Source: an uncultured Bdellovibrio sp. (GTDB taxonomy: Bacteria > Bdellovibrionota > Bdellovibrionia > Bdellovibrionales > Bdellovibrionaceae). Taken from it: 64,000 nt of DNA. Both the position numbers and the translations under genes were made by a program. The notes beneath the pieces were generated by a model. It did no database searches, had not been told where the DNA came from, and saw only the letters and a program-made list of their open reading frames with translations. Numbering within the stretch: the first letter of the stretch is position 1; each line of letters opens with the position of its first letter. Below are positions 39,291 through 49,287 of this stretch, piece after piece. The stretch lies in assembly GCA_963932905.1 (NCBI GenBank), contig CAWVRN010000007.1:69955-133954 (forward strand), read 5' to 3'.

Positions 39291-41267
39291 CTACTTAGTC
39301 GTTTTAACTAATTTTACTTCGGCTCTGCGACCTTTAGGCGCGATCAAAGTTCCTACGATCACTGGACGGCAATCCGCCAATTTTGCATTCTCTTTTGCGC
39401 TGCAGTTGGCAGTCGAGTTTGGACTTTGTTGGTAATAGAATCCATCAACATTGATGAAATAGGTGCGACCAACACCAAAGCTTGCACTTCCACCGCCACC
39501 ACCAGCTGCCGCCATACCTGACGTCGACATACTCAAACGTTGTGGGTAGGTTTCCGGTTTGTAATCCACATCAAGATCTAAACTTAGTTCGTTCGTTGGA
39601 TCATCACTGCGAGTGTAGTAACCTCGAAGCACCGGTTTACCAGCCCCTGTCATGATCGCAGTTAATTTAAATTTCGCTGTGTGAACAGGAATTTCAGCCG
39701 AATTATAATCAACACTGCCTGAATATGTACCCTCCACCTGTTTCAACAATTTAAACAAAGCTTCATTATTTTGGTTACCAACGCCATCACTTGGTGCTTG
39801 TGTATTTTTATCAATCCATTTCAAGTCTACCTTACCAATAATTCCATTGGCAGACAGGAGCTCGGCAGAGAATAAGCCTTTTTTGAAATTACCGCGTAAA
39901 GATACGATATCTGAAGTACCGGTCGCTGTGGTCGCACCGGAAACTCCCGTGGTAGCCGCACCGGCACCTGCTGCGGCTGCCGTTGAACCTGGGAAAACAA
40001 CTAAATTGTACGAATCTGAACCAACGATATCGTTATAGCTAATTGCATATACCGAACCTGTCGCCATATCGGAACGTTGCACATAGGCTTTGAATACTGG
40101 CCGACGAATAGGTTGACCATTCTTATCAGTACCACCCCATTCTTCTTGAACAAAGATAGAAAGATTCAAAGCAACTGCAGCTTGGTTTGGACGATCAGAA
40201 AAACGAATAGTGCCTCGGTACCGACCAAGCACAGCCGCATCCTGCGCCTGATAACGATCTTTGATGCGAACCAATTTAGCCGCCGCTTTTTGATTTTTAG
40301 ATAAAATCAAATCACCCTGTAAATAGAACTGACACTCTTTATCTACAAAATTTTGAGAGCAATCTTTGTTTTTCAATTCGATCGCCGAGTAGATTGAACC
40401 CGAGAAATTAAATCCTGATCCAGATGCGCTCACCAAAGAAATCTTTTGAGGGTATGATTCCGTTTTGTAATCTACGTTAAGTTCTTGGTTGTAGTCTGTA
40501 ATTGGGTAAATATCTAAACGCTCGTAGAATGCTTTTAATACCGGTTTCCCTTTTTCATTCAATGTCGCAGTCAAAGTCACACGCGCATGAATTGGATTCA
40601 TTGTCGTGCCGGGAACATTAACCATACCTTCATAGGTACCTTCTACACGATTGTATAGGCGAAGAACTTTCTCATTAATATCGGCCTGCAAACCTAAACT
40701 GTTGGCTTCTGCCGATTTATCTTTAAGTTTCAAAGTCAATTTACCAAGAACACCCGCACCCGTTAAAACTTGAGCATCGATAGTGTCGTTTACTAATTTA
40801 CCGCGGATCGAAGTCACTTCTTGAGTCGACTGCGCATCAGCATTAATCGCCGTTTTATCGCCGATCAAAGTCGGATTCGTCAAAATCAAGTTCTGATTGT
40901 TGGGATCGATGAACGTGTTGTAGTTCGCTTTGAATACTAAGCCCAGATTCAAATCATCCGAACGTTTGAAGTACGCACGTAATACAGGACGAACGATCGG
41001 TAGACCATCACCATCGACTCCCGAATTTTCTTCTTCCATAATCAAACCTAACTCGACGTCGACCGCTAACTGATTAGGGCGATCAAAGAATTCAAGTTTA
41101 CCGACGTAACGGCCTTCTACCGGTGCGTATTGCTGAACTAGTTTCGCGCGATCATTTTCGCGTTCTTTAGCTCGGTCAGCAGATGGATCGTTTTTATCAA
41201 ACGAACATGCGCTCAAAAGAGTTGCTACTAGAGTCATTTTCAACATTTGGACAATAGCATTTTTCAT
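39291..41267 (-). CDS. Lipoprotein with internal duplication (A-B-A-B beta-rich repeats)
   Basis: LSAC lipobox; four GxYxG-initiated modules; GGAG RBS before MKNAIV. Confidence 0.85.
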   Translation of the reverse strand: MKNAIVQMLKMTLVATLLSACSFDKNDPSADRAKERENDRAKLVQQYAPVEGRYVGKLEFFDRPNQLAVDVELGLIMEEENSGVDGDGLPIVRPVLRAYFKRSDDLNLGLVFKANYNTFIDPNNQNLILTNPTLIGDKTAINADAQSTQEVTSIRGKLVNDTIDAQVLTGAGVLGKLTLKLKDKSAEANSLGLQADINEKVLRLYNRVEGTYEGMVNVPGTTMNPIHARVTLTATLNEKGKPVLKAFYERLDIYPITDYNQELNVDYKTESYPQKISLVSASGSGFNFSGSIYSAIELKNKDCSQNFVDKECQFYLQGDLILSKNQKAAAKLVRIKDRYQAQDAAVLGRYRGTIRFSDRPNQAAVALNLSIFVQEEWGGTDKNGQPIRRPVFKAYVQRSDMATGSVYAISYNDIVGSDSYNLVVFPGSTAAAAGAGAATTGVSGATTATGTSDIVSLRGNFKKGLFSAELLSANGIIGKVDLKWIDKNTQAPSDGVGNQNNEALFKLLKQVEGTYSGSVDYNSAEIPVHTAKFKLTAIMTGAGKPVLRGYYTRSDDPTNELSLDLDVDYKPETYPQRLSMSTSGMAAAGGGGGSASFGVGRTYFINVDGFYYQQSPNSTANCSAKENAKLADCRPVIVGTLIAPKGRRAEVKLVKTTK

Positions 41268-41278
41268 AATTGTCTCCA

Positions 41279-42730
41279 TTATTCTTTATCTTTAATCAAT
41301 TCATCGCGCAACGCTGCCCATTCATTCAGAGCAATAAAATAGTCACCAATCGCTCGGGAGTGCGCTACTTCCGTAGTGTTCAATGCGTTCATCGCATCAA
41401 TTAAGTTTCTAATATCCGTACGACCTTGAGTGTACGAACGATTCAATTCATTCAAAGCTTTCTCGCGGAACGTTTTTTGTTTCGACAAACTTTCCAAAAC
41501 TTGATTTGCCACTTCAACTTTGCGTTGAGCTTGTCTTTGACGATCATCAAATTCCAAGATGCTTCGCTGTTGTTTTACTTTTTCTAATTCTAGAGTCGCC
41601 TTCTTATTTAAGATCTCTTCCTTGCGAACATCAGAACCAAACGAATGCGATAAACGTAATCCTACATAGGCATTCGGATGACTGCCGCGAGTGAGTTCAC
41701 TCATCGATTCGCTTGAGGATTCATCCACACCCGTCGCTGACAATCGGCCGACTAAAGCTAATTTCGGGCTATTGTTTGAGTCCACGTATTTTAAATCATC
41801 TTCCGCAGACGAAATTTTTAGATCTTGTGATTGGATCGAACGAACGTCTTTGGCACCTTTAGGTGTCAGCTTTGGAATGGGCGGTATCGTTTTCGGAATA
41901 TCAAACTGAACTTCTGTGCTGGGTGGTAAACTCAAAAAAGTCACCAAAGATTCCATAAGTTTCAAATAGGACTCAGATCCTGTTTTAATATTTGATAAAC
42001 GCGCCTCATATTCAGCCTGAACCTGATTCAATTCTCCTGGAGACGTATAACCTAAAGAACTTTTACGTTGGATGCTGCCTACTAATTTTTGGTAGCGATC
42101 TTTTGCATTCATGGCTTCGTTAAAGTTTTCTTGAGCTACATAAACGTCCCAGTACAAACGAAGTCCTTGAAGAACCAAGTTTTGAATTTCATCACTGCGA
42201 ACTAAGTTTTGTGATTTATACAAACTTTCAGCTGCACGGATACGCGCACGATCCGCACTACCGAATGAATTTCCCCATAACGCTTGCTCGATGCTGACGC
42301 CCCAAGAATCAAATGTAAGTTGACTTAAGGATGCTGACGGCGAAGAACCTGTCGCAACATATGAATCACCATCGCGTTTTTGCGACGTACGAGCCACATC
42401 GAAAATCAAACTTGTACCAGTGATTAATGATTTACTAATCGACGCCACGGTTTTGTAACGCTCAAAACGATAATCACCAATTAATGATAACGATTCGGTC
42501 TTGTCGACTTGATAGCCTGATTCGATAGACCATTTCCATTCGTAATTTCCGTAAACCAAAAACGGAGCGAATCGATACTGTTCATAACGAAGGTCAGTTT
42601 CCTTTAGACTCAATGATTTTTGAATCACAAGCTCGGCCATCTTGGCTTGAGTTAACATCACTTTTTCTGCATAAGCACTGGTCGTTACCCACAACAGGGT
42701 TGAAACCAGCACACTGATTTTAGTTACCAT
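41279..42730 (-). CDS. TolC-family outer-membrane efflux protein
   Basis: Signal peptide; two OEP-like repeats (LYWDV..AQEN; SYTQGRTDIRNLIDA); next to the RND gene. Confidence 0.88.
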   Translation of the reverse strand: MVTKISVLVSTLLWVTTSAYAEKVMLTQAKMAELVIQKSLSLKETDLRYEQYRFAPFLVYGNYEWKWSIESGYQVDKTESLSLIGDYRFERYKTVASISKSLITGTSLIFDVARTSQKRDGDSYVATGSSPSASLSQLTFDSWGVSIEQALWGNSFGSADRARIRAAESLYKSQNLVRSDEIQNLVLQGLRLYWDVYVAQENFNEAMNAKDRYQKLVGSIQRKSSLGYTSPGELNQVQAEYEARLSNIKTGSESYLKLMESLVTFLSLPPSTEVQFDIPKTIPPIPKLTPKGAKDVRSIQSQDLKISSAEDDLKYVDSNNSPKLALVGRLSATGVDESSSESMSELTRGSHPNAYVGLRLSHSFGSDVRKEEILNKKATLELEKVKQQRSILEFDDRQRQAQRKVEVANQVLESLSKQKTFREKALNELNRSYTQGRTDIRNLIDAMNALNTTEVAHSRAIGDYFIALNEWAALRDELIKDKE

Positions 42731-43488
42731 ATATAAGAAATTCCCGCACCAACACCTATGGGTTGTAAGTTAAAATCTTCAGATTTCACAATTGTGCTTC
42801 GGTAAGTAACGCCTAAGTCAGCACTCAGAGAATTATGAAGATGATATTGTGTTTGTAAACCTAAACCCACAAAGCTGGCTTTGCGAGTGACATTCGACAA
42901 AGAATTTTCTTTGCTGCTGATTTGGCTTTGCAACAAGCCGAGTTCAACTTGATACCGTAGATCTAAATTGCCACGCACATAAAATTTATTTTCACCAGCA
43001 ACCGACGCTGTATAGTGGTTTACCTTAAGAGTCTGATCCGTATCACCTGACAATTGTTTTTGTTGATAGCCCAATTGAACAGAGTAGCCATCGAATAAAA
43101 CTGACGACCAAGGAATCATACCTAAACGCAACGAGGGAACTAATGGCGATCCCACATCTGATAAATCATATTTTTTATTGTTAGCAGAAACCGCCGTGCC
43201 AGAAATCGCATACGAATCTAAATGCAAACCAACTGGATAACGAGTTGGGTAACGATCGTCATTTAAATCAGGAGCACGCATAACTAAAATACCAGTTTCT
43301 TGTGGAGACTTTGAGTGCGGAACTTTCGCCTTTGGATCAACGGCAATCGCCTGTTGAGCTTGCTCTACTATGCTGGGAGCCACTGTTGGTAGAGTCTGTT
43401 TTTTAGCTTTCGTCGATTTGGGAGCTGCGAATATCGAAGTAGAAAGAGCGAGAAAAACAATGACGAAACTAACTAGATGTCTGCGCAT
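42724..43488 (-). CDS. Outer-membrane beta-barrel protein
   Basis: AGGAG RBS; signal peptide; C-terminal GAGISYIW; overlaps the TolC start. Confidence 0.7.
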   Translation of the reverse strand: MRRHLVSFVIVFLALSTSIFAAPKSTKAKKQTLPTVAPSIVEQAQQAIAVDPKAKVPHSKSPQETGILVMRAPDLNDDRYPTRYPVGLHLDSYAISGTAVSANNKKYDLSDVGSPLVPSLRLGMIPWSSVLFDGYSVQLGYQQKQLSGDTDQTLKVNHYTASVAGENKFYVRGNLDLRYQVELGLLQSQISSKENSLSNVTRKASFVGLGLQTQYHLHNSLSADLGVTYRSTIVKSEDFNLQPIGVGAGISYIW

Positions 43489-43638
43489 AGAGACTCCTAT
43501 TAAATTATGTTGAATAGTTAGTAGCACGTACTATTTTAAGGTCAAGAAACCTTTATCCACCCTCTTTGGCCGCCATAAAACTATGCATATTTTTCCGACT
43601 TTTTAAACGATCGTTTAATTTAATTCAATCTGGCGGCT

Positions 43639-44073
43639 TTAGAGACGACGCAGTTGCGATCCAAAGATGCTGGACGTGTAGTAATCACTCGCCTCTATAT
43701 ATAATCCCAATACACACTCTGGTTCCACCGTGACCCCTAAATTTTCGAATATGAAAATATCGATTTTTAACTTTGGCGTCGGGCATTTTTGATGAATGAA
43801 TTCGAAATAAATCGCACGAATTTCTGGTAGAGGAATTCTATCTTTGTAACGAAATGGACTCCCCGCTTTAAACACGACGGAACGTCCACGCGAATCTGAA
43901 TAAGTTATGTCGGTTGCCAAAGTGTAGACAGAATAAAGTTCCAAATCATCCCAATGGATGGCATTACGTTTAACAGGATTTTGATATTCATGATTTAGAT
44001 GAGGCGGCAAAACCGTTCGCGCGGATGAAAAACTAACTGTAAACAACAAACTCAAAAGAAAAAAAAACTTCAT
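43639..44073 (-). CDS. Small secreted hypothetical protein
   Basis: Signal peptide; Cys pair. Confidence 0.65.
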   Translation of the reverse strand: MKFFFLLSLLFTVSFSSARTVLPPHLNHEYQNPVKRNAIHWDDLELYSVYTLATDITYSDSRGRSVVFKAGSPFRYKDRIPLPEIRAIYFEFIHQKCPTPKLKIDIFIFENLGVTVEPECVLGLYIEASDYYTSSIFGSQLRRL

Positions 44074-44335
44074 GCTCTACCCCACCCTCTTTCGAATGCA
44101 TTGCAGTGTTAAATAAAATTGAAGGAGATGCAAGCTTTCTTCGAATTACAACCGCGTGGCACTCAACAATCTCTTCAAATTGCTCTACTAATTTTCCAGC
44201 ATCACGGCAACTTAGCTAAACGGTTGCACGGGTGCGAATTCGCGCACCTGGGGATTCAATCAATTTAGACGGAAAGAACCAGATCGTCCTAGAAGGACTG
44301 TCATCTGATTTAGAATTAGATATTCAGTTGTGCGC

Positions 44336-45262
44336 CTAATTTTGATTTTCAAGAACAGTTTTTTGAATCAGCGAAATCAATTCGGTCTGATCGGGATTCA
44401 CATGGGGACCAGGCAATAGCACAAGTTGTTTTGAACCATTTAGCAAACTCCACAGTTCCGCCTGCGATTCCGGCGGAATGACGGTGTCGTGATCCGCTTG
44501 GATCACAAGCTTTGAACCGTTTAATTCAGGAATATGCTGCTTTGGATCCATCAGTAAAGTCGGAGCCACTAGTGCCGAAACAATCGTATCCAACAGGAGC
44601 GGATGAATATACTCTTTCAAATTGTCTCGCAAAATGGCAGGCAAATTCACACCCGTACATACGAAAACCGTTCTTTCTAGTTCAATCCCCATTAGCTGAG
44701 CCACATGCAAACCCGATGGCATAAACACGCCGCCGAGGCTGACGCCCATCACAGATAAGCCTTTTTCTTTCATCCACGGTTGACGTGTTAGCCATGTGAT
44801 CGCAAGGGCAATTTGCGCCGGTGTCTTGCGAACGAATTGCAAAACAGTACCAGGGTCGTTTTGAAAATCAGTCGCACTATAGGGATATTCAAACCCAATC
44901 ATCACTTTATCCGCGAAGTCCCCGATCAAATTAACACTTTTTTCACCAGTGAAGAATCCAGAGATAATCATCAGCGCATGCAAATCGCGCGTTTGTTTAT
45001 ATAGAAATCCTTTAGGACCTTTCATCAATAAACTAATACGACCGGAACCTTCGTGATCTAACTTTACCTGATAAACCTGAGTTGTAGGATCTTCACGAAG
45101 CAATGTCACAACGGTCGGAGTAGCGTAGGGATTTGTTTTCACACCAAGTTCTATTTGAATCGTAGAGGCAGCAACCTGCGCCCTGTTCATAGGCTCGGCT
45201 GTAACGTAAGTAAAAAAGCCAAGGGTTGCGATAATCAAGATTTCAAATAGAATTTTTTTCAT
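44336..45262 (-). CDS. Secreted alpha/beta hydrolase
   Basis: GVSLGG nucleophile elbow; DTVIP; GPH. Confidence 0.8.
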   Translation of the reverse strand: MKKILFEILIIATLGFFTYVTAEPMNRAQVAASTIQIELGVKTNPYATPTVVTLLREDPTTQVYQVKLDHEGSGRISLLMKGPKGFLYKQTRDLHALMIISGFFTGEKSVNLIGDFADKVMIGFEYPYSATDFQNDPGTVLQFVRKTPAQIALAITWLTRQPWMKEKGLSVMGVSLGGVFMPSGLHVAQLMGIELERTVFVCTGVNLPAILRDNLKEYIHPLLLDTIVSALVAPTLLMDPKQHIPELNGSKLVIQADHDTVIPPESQAELWSLLNGSKQLVLLPGPHVNPDQTELISLIQKTVLENQN

Positions 45263-45399
45263 GCGCTTTTTTGTCGCGGGCCGATTCGTAAGTCAAATTA
45301 TTTAACTACACGGAAAACATTCCTCAAAAAGATGAAGTTTTTTCCAGCGCTGAACTATCGCTGGATAAGGTACCTAAGTTGACGTAAACCACTCTCACT

Positions 45400-46206
45400 A
45401 TGAAACGAATTCTTTGTTTTTTCTATGTATTTACGATGATTACAGCCTGCCATAAAGTCAGCGATAAAACTCCTTCTGAAGATCACGTCGCCAAAGCCAC
45501 GACGTTCATCGATCAAGGTGACTATTCGTCAGCAATCGAACTCTTAGAAGACACTATGAAACACGAAGATACTTATGAAGTTCGTCTAGTGTTGGCATCT
45601 GCCTATGCCGGCAAAGCCGGAATCAAAGTTGAAAACTATTGGGATTATCTGGTTGGCTTTGATTCGTTCGCAAAAGACAAAGCTCCTGAAGTTCTAGAGG
45701 ATATTATCACCGATGATATGATTCCTGAAAAACTAGACGAGAAATCCAAGTCTCAATTAAAAAATTTAAACGATAGCTACAAAGACATCCAACGATTAGA
45801 AAAAAAAGTTGAGAAGGTCCCCCTGATTGAAACTTCAAACCGACCATATCTGAAGAAAGCGCGTGCTTTACTAGAACAAACTTCAACTGCAAGCTCTAAA
45901 CTTTATAGATCATTGTTAACTGTCGTTTTGATTAAATCTGAAATTCAAGACGGCAAACAATTGCTGGCCGCATGGTCTGATGCTTCATTTGATCCTTGCT
46001 TTTCCTTGTTGCCAGAAGTTTCCACATGGTCATCTAACGTTCTAAATTTAGTCAGCGAAGGTTTGGACGATCTGGGGCGCGCTTATCCGAAAGACAACGA
46101 ACAGTATCAGGCGATGCGCACCCAAGTAAATTTAGTTAGTGATTATTCTCGCCAAGCTTTACCTTATCAGAAATCATTGGACAAAGTATGCGCCGACAAA
46201 AAATAG
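45400..46206 (+). CDS. TPR-containing lipoprotein
   Basis: ITAC lipobox; IDQGDYSSAIELL..LASAYAGKAG TPR-like helices. Confidence 0.75.
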   Translation: MKRILCFFYVFTMITACHKVSDKTPSEDHVAKATTFIDQGDYSSAIELLEDTMKHEDTYEVRLVLASAYAGKAGIKVENYWDYLVGFDSFAKDKAPEVLEDIITDDMIPEKLDEKSKSQLKNLNDSYKDIQRLEKKVEKVPLIETSNRPYLKKARALLEQTSTASSKLYRSLLTVVLIKSEIQDGKQLLAAWSDASFDPCFSLLPEVSTWSSNVLNLVSEGLDDLGRAYPKDNEQYQAMRTQVNLVSDYSRQALPYQKSLDKVCADKK

Positions 46207-47237
46207 TTTTCGCATTTTTTATTTCACTATTTGGCGCCAACGCTTTCTCATACGAAGCTCCTAATCACTTTTTAAGTGGCAATGCAGGATTAATGGGAAT
46301 GGGCTTACGACAAAGCTGTTATGCTTTAGATATAGCCGCCGATGTATTGCCATGTAACCCAGCTTTCATAGCCAAAGAAAAAGAACGCCGCTTTAATGCG
46401 AATCTTTCACTCGGCAACAACGTTTCATACCTGAAAGAAGCGACGGATTTATCGCAAGGTCGTGCTACGGAAGAAAGCATTCAGAAGCTATTTACTCAAC
46501 ACGAAGACAATGAATTGCAAACGCAGTTGGAACTTGGTCACGTACAAGAAACTTTTGGTTGGTCGGTGACCCCCGCACTTGTTAACTACAGCACATCATT
46601 TCACAATCAAGCACTGCCAAAAATTTCACTGTATGCATCTCTAGAAGAAATCGCCAAATTGCAATTTGGAAGCTACCTATCTGACGATTGGTCGTACGGC
46701 GTACAATTACGTTATGTTCATCGTCGCTTTGTAGCTTCGCAGTTTTATTTAACCGATGCTTTGGTTCCGGATGGTCATTATTTGTTTGAGCCTCGCCAGC
46801 AATATCTATTTTTTGTGGAACCCGGCGTGATGTTCGCACCGAAAGACAGTCCTTTAAATCCTGAATTTACATTGATGGTCGGTAATTCGGGTTTTGTGAA
46901 TGAACGTTTCGCCGAAGTTCCAGTGGAGCCGGAATATCATTTCACTTCTAGTGTAAATCCAGAATTAGACTACGGGCGATTTAGCCTAGGCGTAGACGTC
47001 AATTTCAATAGAAAACTACGTGAAGGCCCAGGTCCACTCACACTGGGTGGATTTTATGAATTTGGAATCTTGCGTGTGTTTGGCAGTTTAGCTCGTGATG
47101 AAGATGGAATTGGTTTCGGAATCTTCAATACATGGTGGAATATGGGCGTAACTCATCGTAACGAATCGTTCCTTAATCCATTGGATGAACGGATCACGAT
47201 CAGCAAAACATTTTTATTCCTAGGAATTGAAATATGA
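46188..47237 (+). CDS. Outer-membrane beta-barrel (TraF/FadL-like N-terminus)
   Basis: Signal peptide; GLMGMG...NPA motif; C-terminal FLFLGIEI. Confidence 0.6.
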   Translation: MRRQKIVFAFFISLFGANAFSYEAPNHFLSGNAGLMGMGLRQSCYALDIAADVLPCNPAFIAKEKERRFNANLSLGNNVSYLKEATDLSQGRATEESIQKLFTQHEDNELQTQLELGHVQETFGWSVTPALVNYSTSFHNQALPKISLYASLEEIAKLQFGSYLSDDWSYGVQLRYVHRRFVASQFYLTDALVPDGHYLFEPRQQYLFFVEPGVMFAPKDSPLNPEFTLMVGNSGFVNERFAEVPVEPEYHFTSSVNPELDYGRFSLGVDVNFNRKLREGPGPLTLGGFYEFGILRVFGSLARDEDGIGFGIFNTWWNMGVTHRNESFLNPLDERITISKTFLFLGIEI

Positions 47238-47806
47238 ATTTAGGCTGGATGATAGCCTTAGTTCTATGCGTTTCAGATCTCGCGATGGCCAAACCTTCGT
47301 ATGCGGCCAAAGAAAAATCTGTGCAAAATTCGCAGAACTGGAATGAATTCCAGCAAGCAATGGAAAGCCTTCGTACAGAAGACGAGCGACGTGGTACAAG
47401 TTTTATTATCTCGGGAACGCTTGTGACTGTTGGCAGCCTGCTGGCGATTCCAACCACTGAAGATTCTGCTACCAAACTAGTATACGGAGTGGCCAGTAGC
47501 GCCGGTATCGCTGCCATTACCTACGGTATTGCAAATATATATTACGGACATTCCTATAATTCATTTTACGATTCTTTAAGAAATGCAGATCTATCAGAGA
47601 CGCAAAAAAGTGCGCTCGTAAAAAGTTTTATGTTCCATGAACAAGAGCGCATCGAACGCATGCGCCGAATGCAAATGTGGGCTCATTTTCTAGCGGCAGC
47701 CGTGAATGGTTATTCGGCCTCTGTTGAGAAAGATACAAACTCAAAAACCTTCTTTGCTGCCATTGCGACCCTTAATCTGGCTCTAGGTTTGTCATTTTCC
47801 TTCTGA
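47234..47806 (+). CDS. Membrane or secreted hypothetical protein
   Basis: Signal peptide, Gly/Ala-rich hydrophobic hairpins, C-terminal LSFSF; ATGA coupling. Confidence 0.7.
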   Translation: MNLGWMIALVLCVSDLAMAKPSYAAKEKSVQNSQNWNEFQQAMESLRTEDERRGTSFIISGTLVTVGSLLAIPTTEDSATKLVYGVASSAGIAAITYGIANIYYGHSYNSFYDSLRNADLSETQKSALVKSFMFHEQERIERMRRMQMWAHFLAAAVNGYSASVEKDTNSKTFFAAIATLNLALGLSFSF

Positions 47807-47909
47807 AGCGATGCCGTATAAAAAAATGCAGCGACCTATTGGAAACTGCCGAATCGGTTGTTGACAACCTAAACCTCTCGGTAAAAAAACATTCCCTTGA
47901 GGGGGATTT

Positions 47910-49232
47910 ATGAAATCTGTTTTATGGCTGGTAGCAAGCGCTCTCGTTTTGCTCACTTTAGGTTGCAAAGAAGAAGTCGACGATCAAACCATAGTTCAAG
48001 GTGCTGCACTTCACGTCGTTAATCCAACTCCAGTTAAAAGAAATTACCTAGAAAACAATCATCAACATAAAGTTCTTGTAGCCGTTATAGATTCTGGCAC
48101 AGATTACAATCACCCACACCTTATCAACAACATGCACTTTACATTGAACAATCAAAATCAACCGGTCGGTTTAGGCTACGATTTTATCGGGCAAGATTAT
48201 TGGCCGTCTCCGTATGTGGCGCGTACGCTAGACATCAATCCCGATGCGGATCAAAAAGATGTACCCGCTGTTAGAAATGCACGCCAGCGTGCGACTGAGT
48301 TAGCGAAATCATACCCTCAACTGGCTCAGTACCTAAATCCACTAAGAAATGTCGAACAAGAAATGGAATCGGGTGCCTTTCATGGAACACATGTTTCTGG
48401 ATTAATAGTGTACGATGATCCACGTATTGGTTTAATTCCTTACCGCGTTCTTCCTATAAATGTTAAATACAAGAATGGTCGCGAAGATCAGTCACAAGAT
48501 AAAACAGAAATCGTTATTAAAAACATTCTTCAAGCGATGACGATGGCGGTGAAAAATGGCGTCCGTGTTATCAATATGTCATTAGCACTTAAAGGTAACA
48601 CTCCCGGCGATAGCCTGTTTAACTTGTTCGAAGATAGAGATAAAAAAACTAAAATATGGATGGCCCAAGTCAAAGACTTCATGGAAAAAAATCCCAACGT
48701 AATTTTCGTAGCCGCTGCAGGAAATGATTCTAAATGGGTTGACGACGCCACTAATCTTCAACTGCCATGTGGAATCGCCGCTCGGAATTTGGTTTGCGTG
48801 GGTGCTTTGGATACAGCTGGCAACTTGGCCTATTTTTCAAATTTAGTATTGAGCCAAGCCGCGTTCGTGGCAGCCAGTGGCGTGGATATTGATTCTTCAA
48901 GTCCTGTGTATATGTGCGACACCAAGTTCCTAACTCAATTAGAAAATGAAAAGAATGAGTATCCATTTGATCGTCCCGAATCATTTAATACCGCGATCAA
49001 AGATGCATTCAAAGACTGCGTAGGAAAATCTCCTACTCGCAAAGCTTCAGGAACAAGCATGGCATCACCAATGGTGGCTCGTACAGTAGCCCGATTGATT
49101 ATCGACAATCCTGAACTATCTGGCGAACAGATAATCAAATTGTTAGTCGATCGTTCTGACAAAGTTCAAATGGGGCCGTTACTTTTGAACAAAGTGAAAA
49201 CAGACAAACCGTCTTGGACAAAAATTAACTAA
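47910..49232 (+). CDS. S8 subtilisin-like serine protease, lipoprotein
   Basis: TLGC lipobox; VIDSG, HGTHV, AAAGN, SGTSMASP. Confidence 0.95.
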   Translation: MKSVLWLVASALVLLTLGCKEEVDDQTIVQGAALHVVNPTPVKRNYLENNHQHKVLVAVIDSGTDYNHPHLINNMHFTLNNQNQPVGLGYDFIGQDYWPSPYVARTLDINPDADQKDVPAVRNARQRATELAKSYPQLAQYLNPLRNVEQEMESGAFHGTHVSGLIVYDDPRIGLIPYRVLPINVKYKNGREDQSQDKTEIVIKNILQAMTMAVKNGVRVINMSLALKGNTPGDSLFNLFEDRDKKTKIWMAQVKDFMEKNPNVIFVAAAGNDSKWVDDATNLQLPCGIAARNLVCVGALDTAGNLAYFSNLVLSQAAFVAASGVDIDSSSPVYMCDTKFLTQLENEKNEYPFDRPESFNTAIKDAFKDCVGKSPTRKASGTSMASPMVARTVARLIIDNPELSGEQIIKLLVDRSDKVQMGPLLLNKVKTDKPSWTKIN

Positions 49233-49287
49233 TCAGCATACCAGTAAGCAAATACTGGTCTTCGAGTTAACGCGTATAAAAGATCAA

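Noticed and set aside
44122..44268. 46-codon plus-strand ORF after AAGGAG
   Set aside because: RBS has zero spacing to the ATG; no motif
46188..47237. Conjugative element suggested by the TraF-like barrel
   Set aside because: No other tra, relaxase or integrase genes in the window
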